This document shows, one piece after another, positions 47,721 through 48,644 of a stretch of 48,644 bases of DNA. The stretch is from positions 1-48,644 of the IMG/VR virus record IMGVR_UViG_3300017991_000152; one strand, written 5' to 3'. Under the pieces are notes generated by a model. It saw only the letters and a program-made list of their open reading frames with translations. It ran no database searches and was not told the DNA's origin. Source of the DNA: a virus. Lineage: Duplodnaviria; Caudoviricetes. A program made the translations under genes and the position numbers. Every line of letters begins with the position of its first letter. Positions within the stretch are counted from its first letter, which is position 1.

Positions 47721-48644
47721 ATGCCCCCTACGATTAAAGAAATAGAGGAACGTGCTGAAAGTCTCACACGGGAATTAGACCGGGCGATTGAGGATACACA
47801 AGGTATTCTGGCCAAAACGATAGAAAGCCTTGAGGCGCGTATTTTGGTTGCCTTTAAAGAACTCAAAACAACACCAGCGGGCACCTTGATCGGGCCTAAA
47901 GTAAATCTTAAACAGGCTCAAGAAATCCATAAACAACTTATCAAGCACTTTGAAGACTCTTATAAGGAGGGAGTAAAATCCCTGAATGGATTTGATAAAG
48001 TTGCTCGAGCTATCCAGAACAATTGGCTAGATGTAGATAATGCTATTGAGTTTACGGGTATTGATAAGCAGATGATGCGGACCCTAAAAAACCAAAAAGT
48101 GGCGGAGTTCATAGAATTTGGGAATGCCGCTCGAGAACGCATAGCGGGGGCCATGTATGACCATGTTGTAGGCCATGCGCCTTATTCCGAATTAGTGGAT
48201 GAAATGAGGTCTGTCTTAGGCACAGGCCTTGATAAACGTGGAAATAACATGGCCCGATACGCAGATCTTTGGTCGAATGACTCGATCATGAACTTTCACC
48301 AGGCCGTATCAACGGATAAGGGAAACTCAGCAGATCTGAGGTCCTACCTTTATTATGGCAATATCATGAAGACCTCTAGGCCATTTTGTATTGACCGGGC
48401 GGGGAAGGTATTTTCACGACATAAGATCAATAGCTGGAATGACATGTCGTGGAAGGGCAAACGGGGTCCGGCGATGGTTTATCGCGGTGGGTGGAACTGT
48501 AGGCACCATTGGATGCCTGTAAATCCTGAGTGGATTGAAGACGGGGAGATTGAGCGGCAGGACTACTTTGATGAGGAGGGGATCGAAATTGCCCGTGGAA
48601 CAACCCTACCTGATAAACAAAAAAGTGGGACACGGCCGAAAAAA
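47721..48644 (+). CDS. Head morphogenesis/minor capsid protein (SPP1 gp7/Mu F-like), truncated by the window end
   Basis: Frame open from ATG 47721 (MPPTIKEIEE...) to the end; YLYYG...SRPFC...RGGWNCRHHW. Confidence 0.8.
   Translation, partial: MPPTIKEIEERAESLTRELDRAIEDTQGILAKTIESLEARILVAFKELKTTPAGTLIGPKVNLKQAQEIHKQLIKHFEDSYKEGVKSLNGFDKVARAIQNNWLDVDNAIEFTGIDKQMMRTLKNQKVAEFIEFGNAARERIAGAMYDHVVGHAPYSELVDEMRSVLGTGLDKRGNNMARYADLWSNDSIMNFHQAVSTDKGNSADLRSYLYYGNIMKTSRPFCIDRAGKVFSRHKINSWNDMSWKGKRGPAMVYRGGWNCRHHWMPVNPEWIEDGEIERQDYFDEEGIEIARGTTLPDKQKSGTRPKK

Overview
This window is a 48.6 kb fragment of a tailed dsDNA bacteriophage (Caudoviricetes); no host genes, integrase, rRNA, tRNA or CRISPR array were seen. 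From left to right it carries five blocks. (1) A leftward 7-gene sugar-modification operon at 188-5980: UDP-sulfoquinovose synthase SqdB, a PAPS-type sulfotransferase, three glycosyltransferases and two methyltransferase-like genes. (2) A self-contained replication/recombination module at 7.5-27.9 kb: SF2 helicase, primase, initiator with internal repeats, DnaB-like helicase, AT-hook/H1-like protein, probable clamp, UDG-PolA fusion, clamp loader, UvsY-like, SSB, RecA, flap nuclease, resolvase, MT-A70 methylase and SbcC/SbcD-like genes. (3) Small early genes behind repeated sigma70-like promoters that share a palindromic operator, with an RHH repressor candidate. (4) A 7-bp tandem array, then TerS, a Dam-like methylase and TerL. 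(5) A 1920-aa 6xLamG/12xNHL protein with poly-Thr tracts, an RmlB-like dehydratase, an NlpC/P60 peptidase, portal, a methyltransferase and a head morphogenesis protein. The most notable candidates are a phage sulfo-glycosylation system with poly-Thr acceptors, a stand-alone MshEN (c-di-GMP receptor) gene inserted among the replication genes, a heavily over-represented TATGGGATA motif, and an R-x-L-[VI] terminal peptide shared by six DNA-transaction proteins. All calls come from motif recognition by eye; no searches were run.
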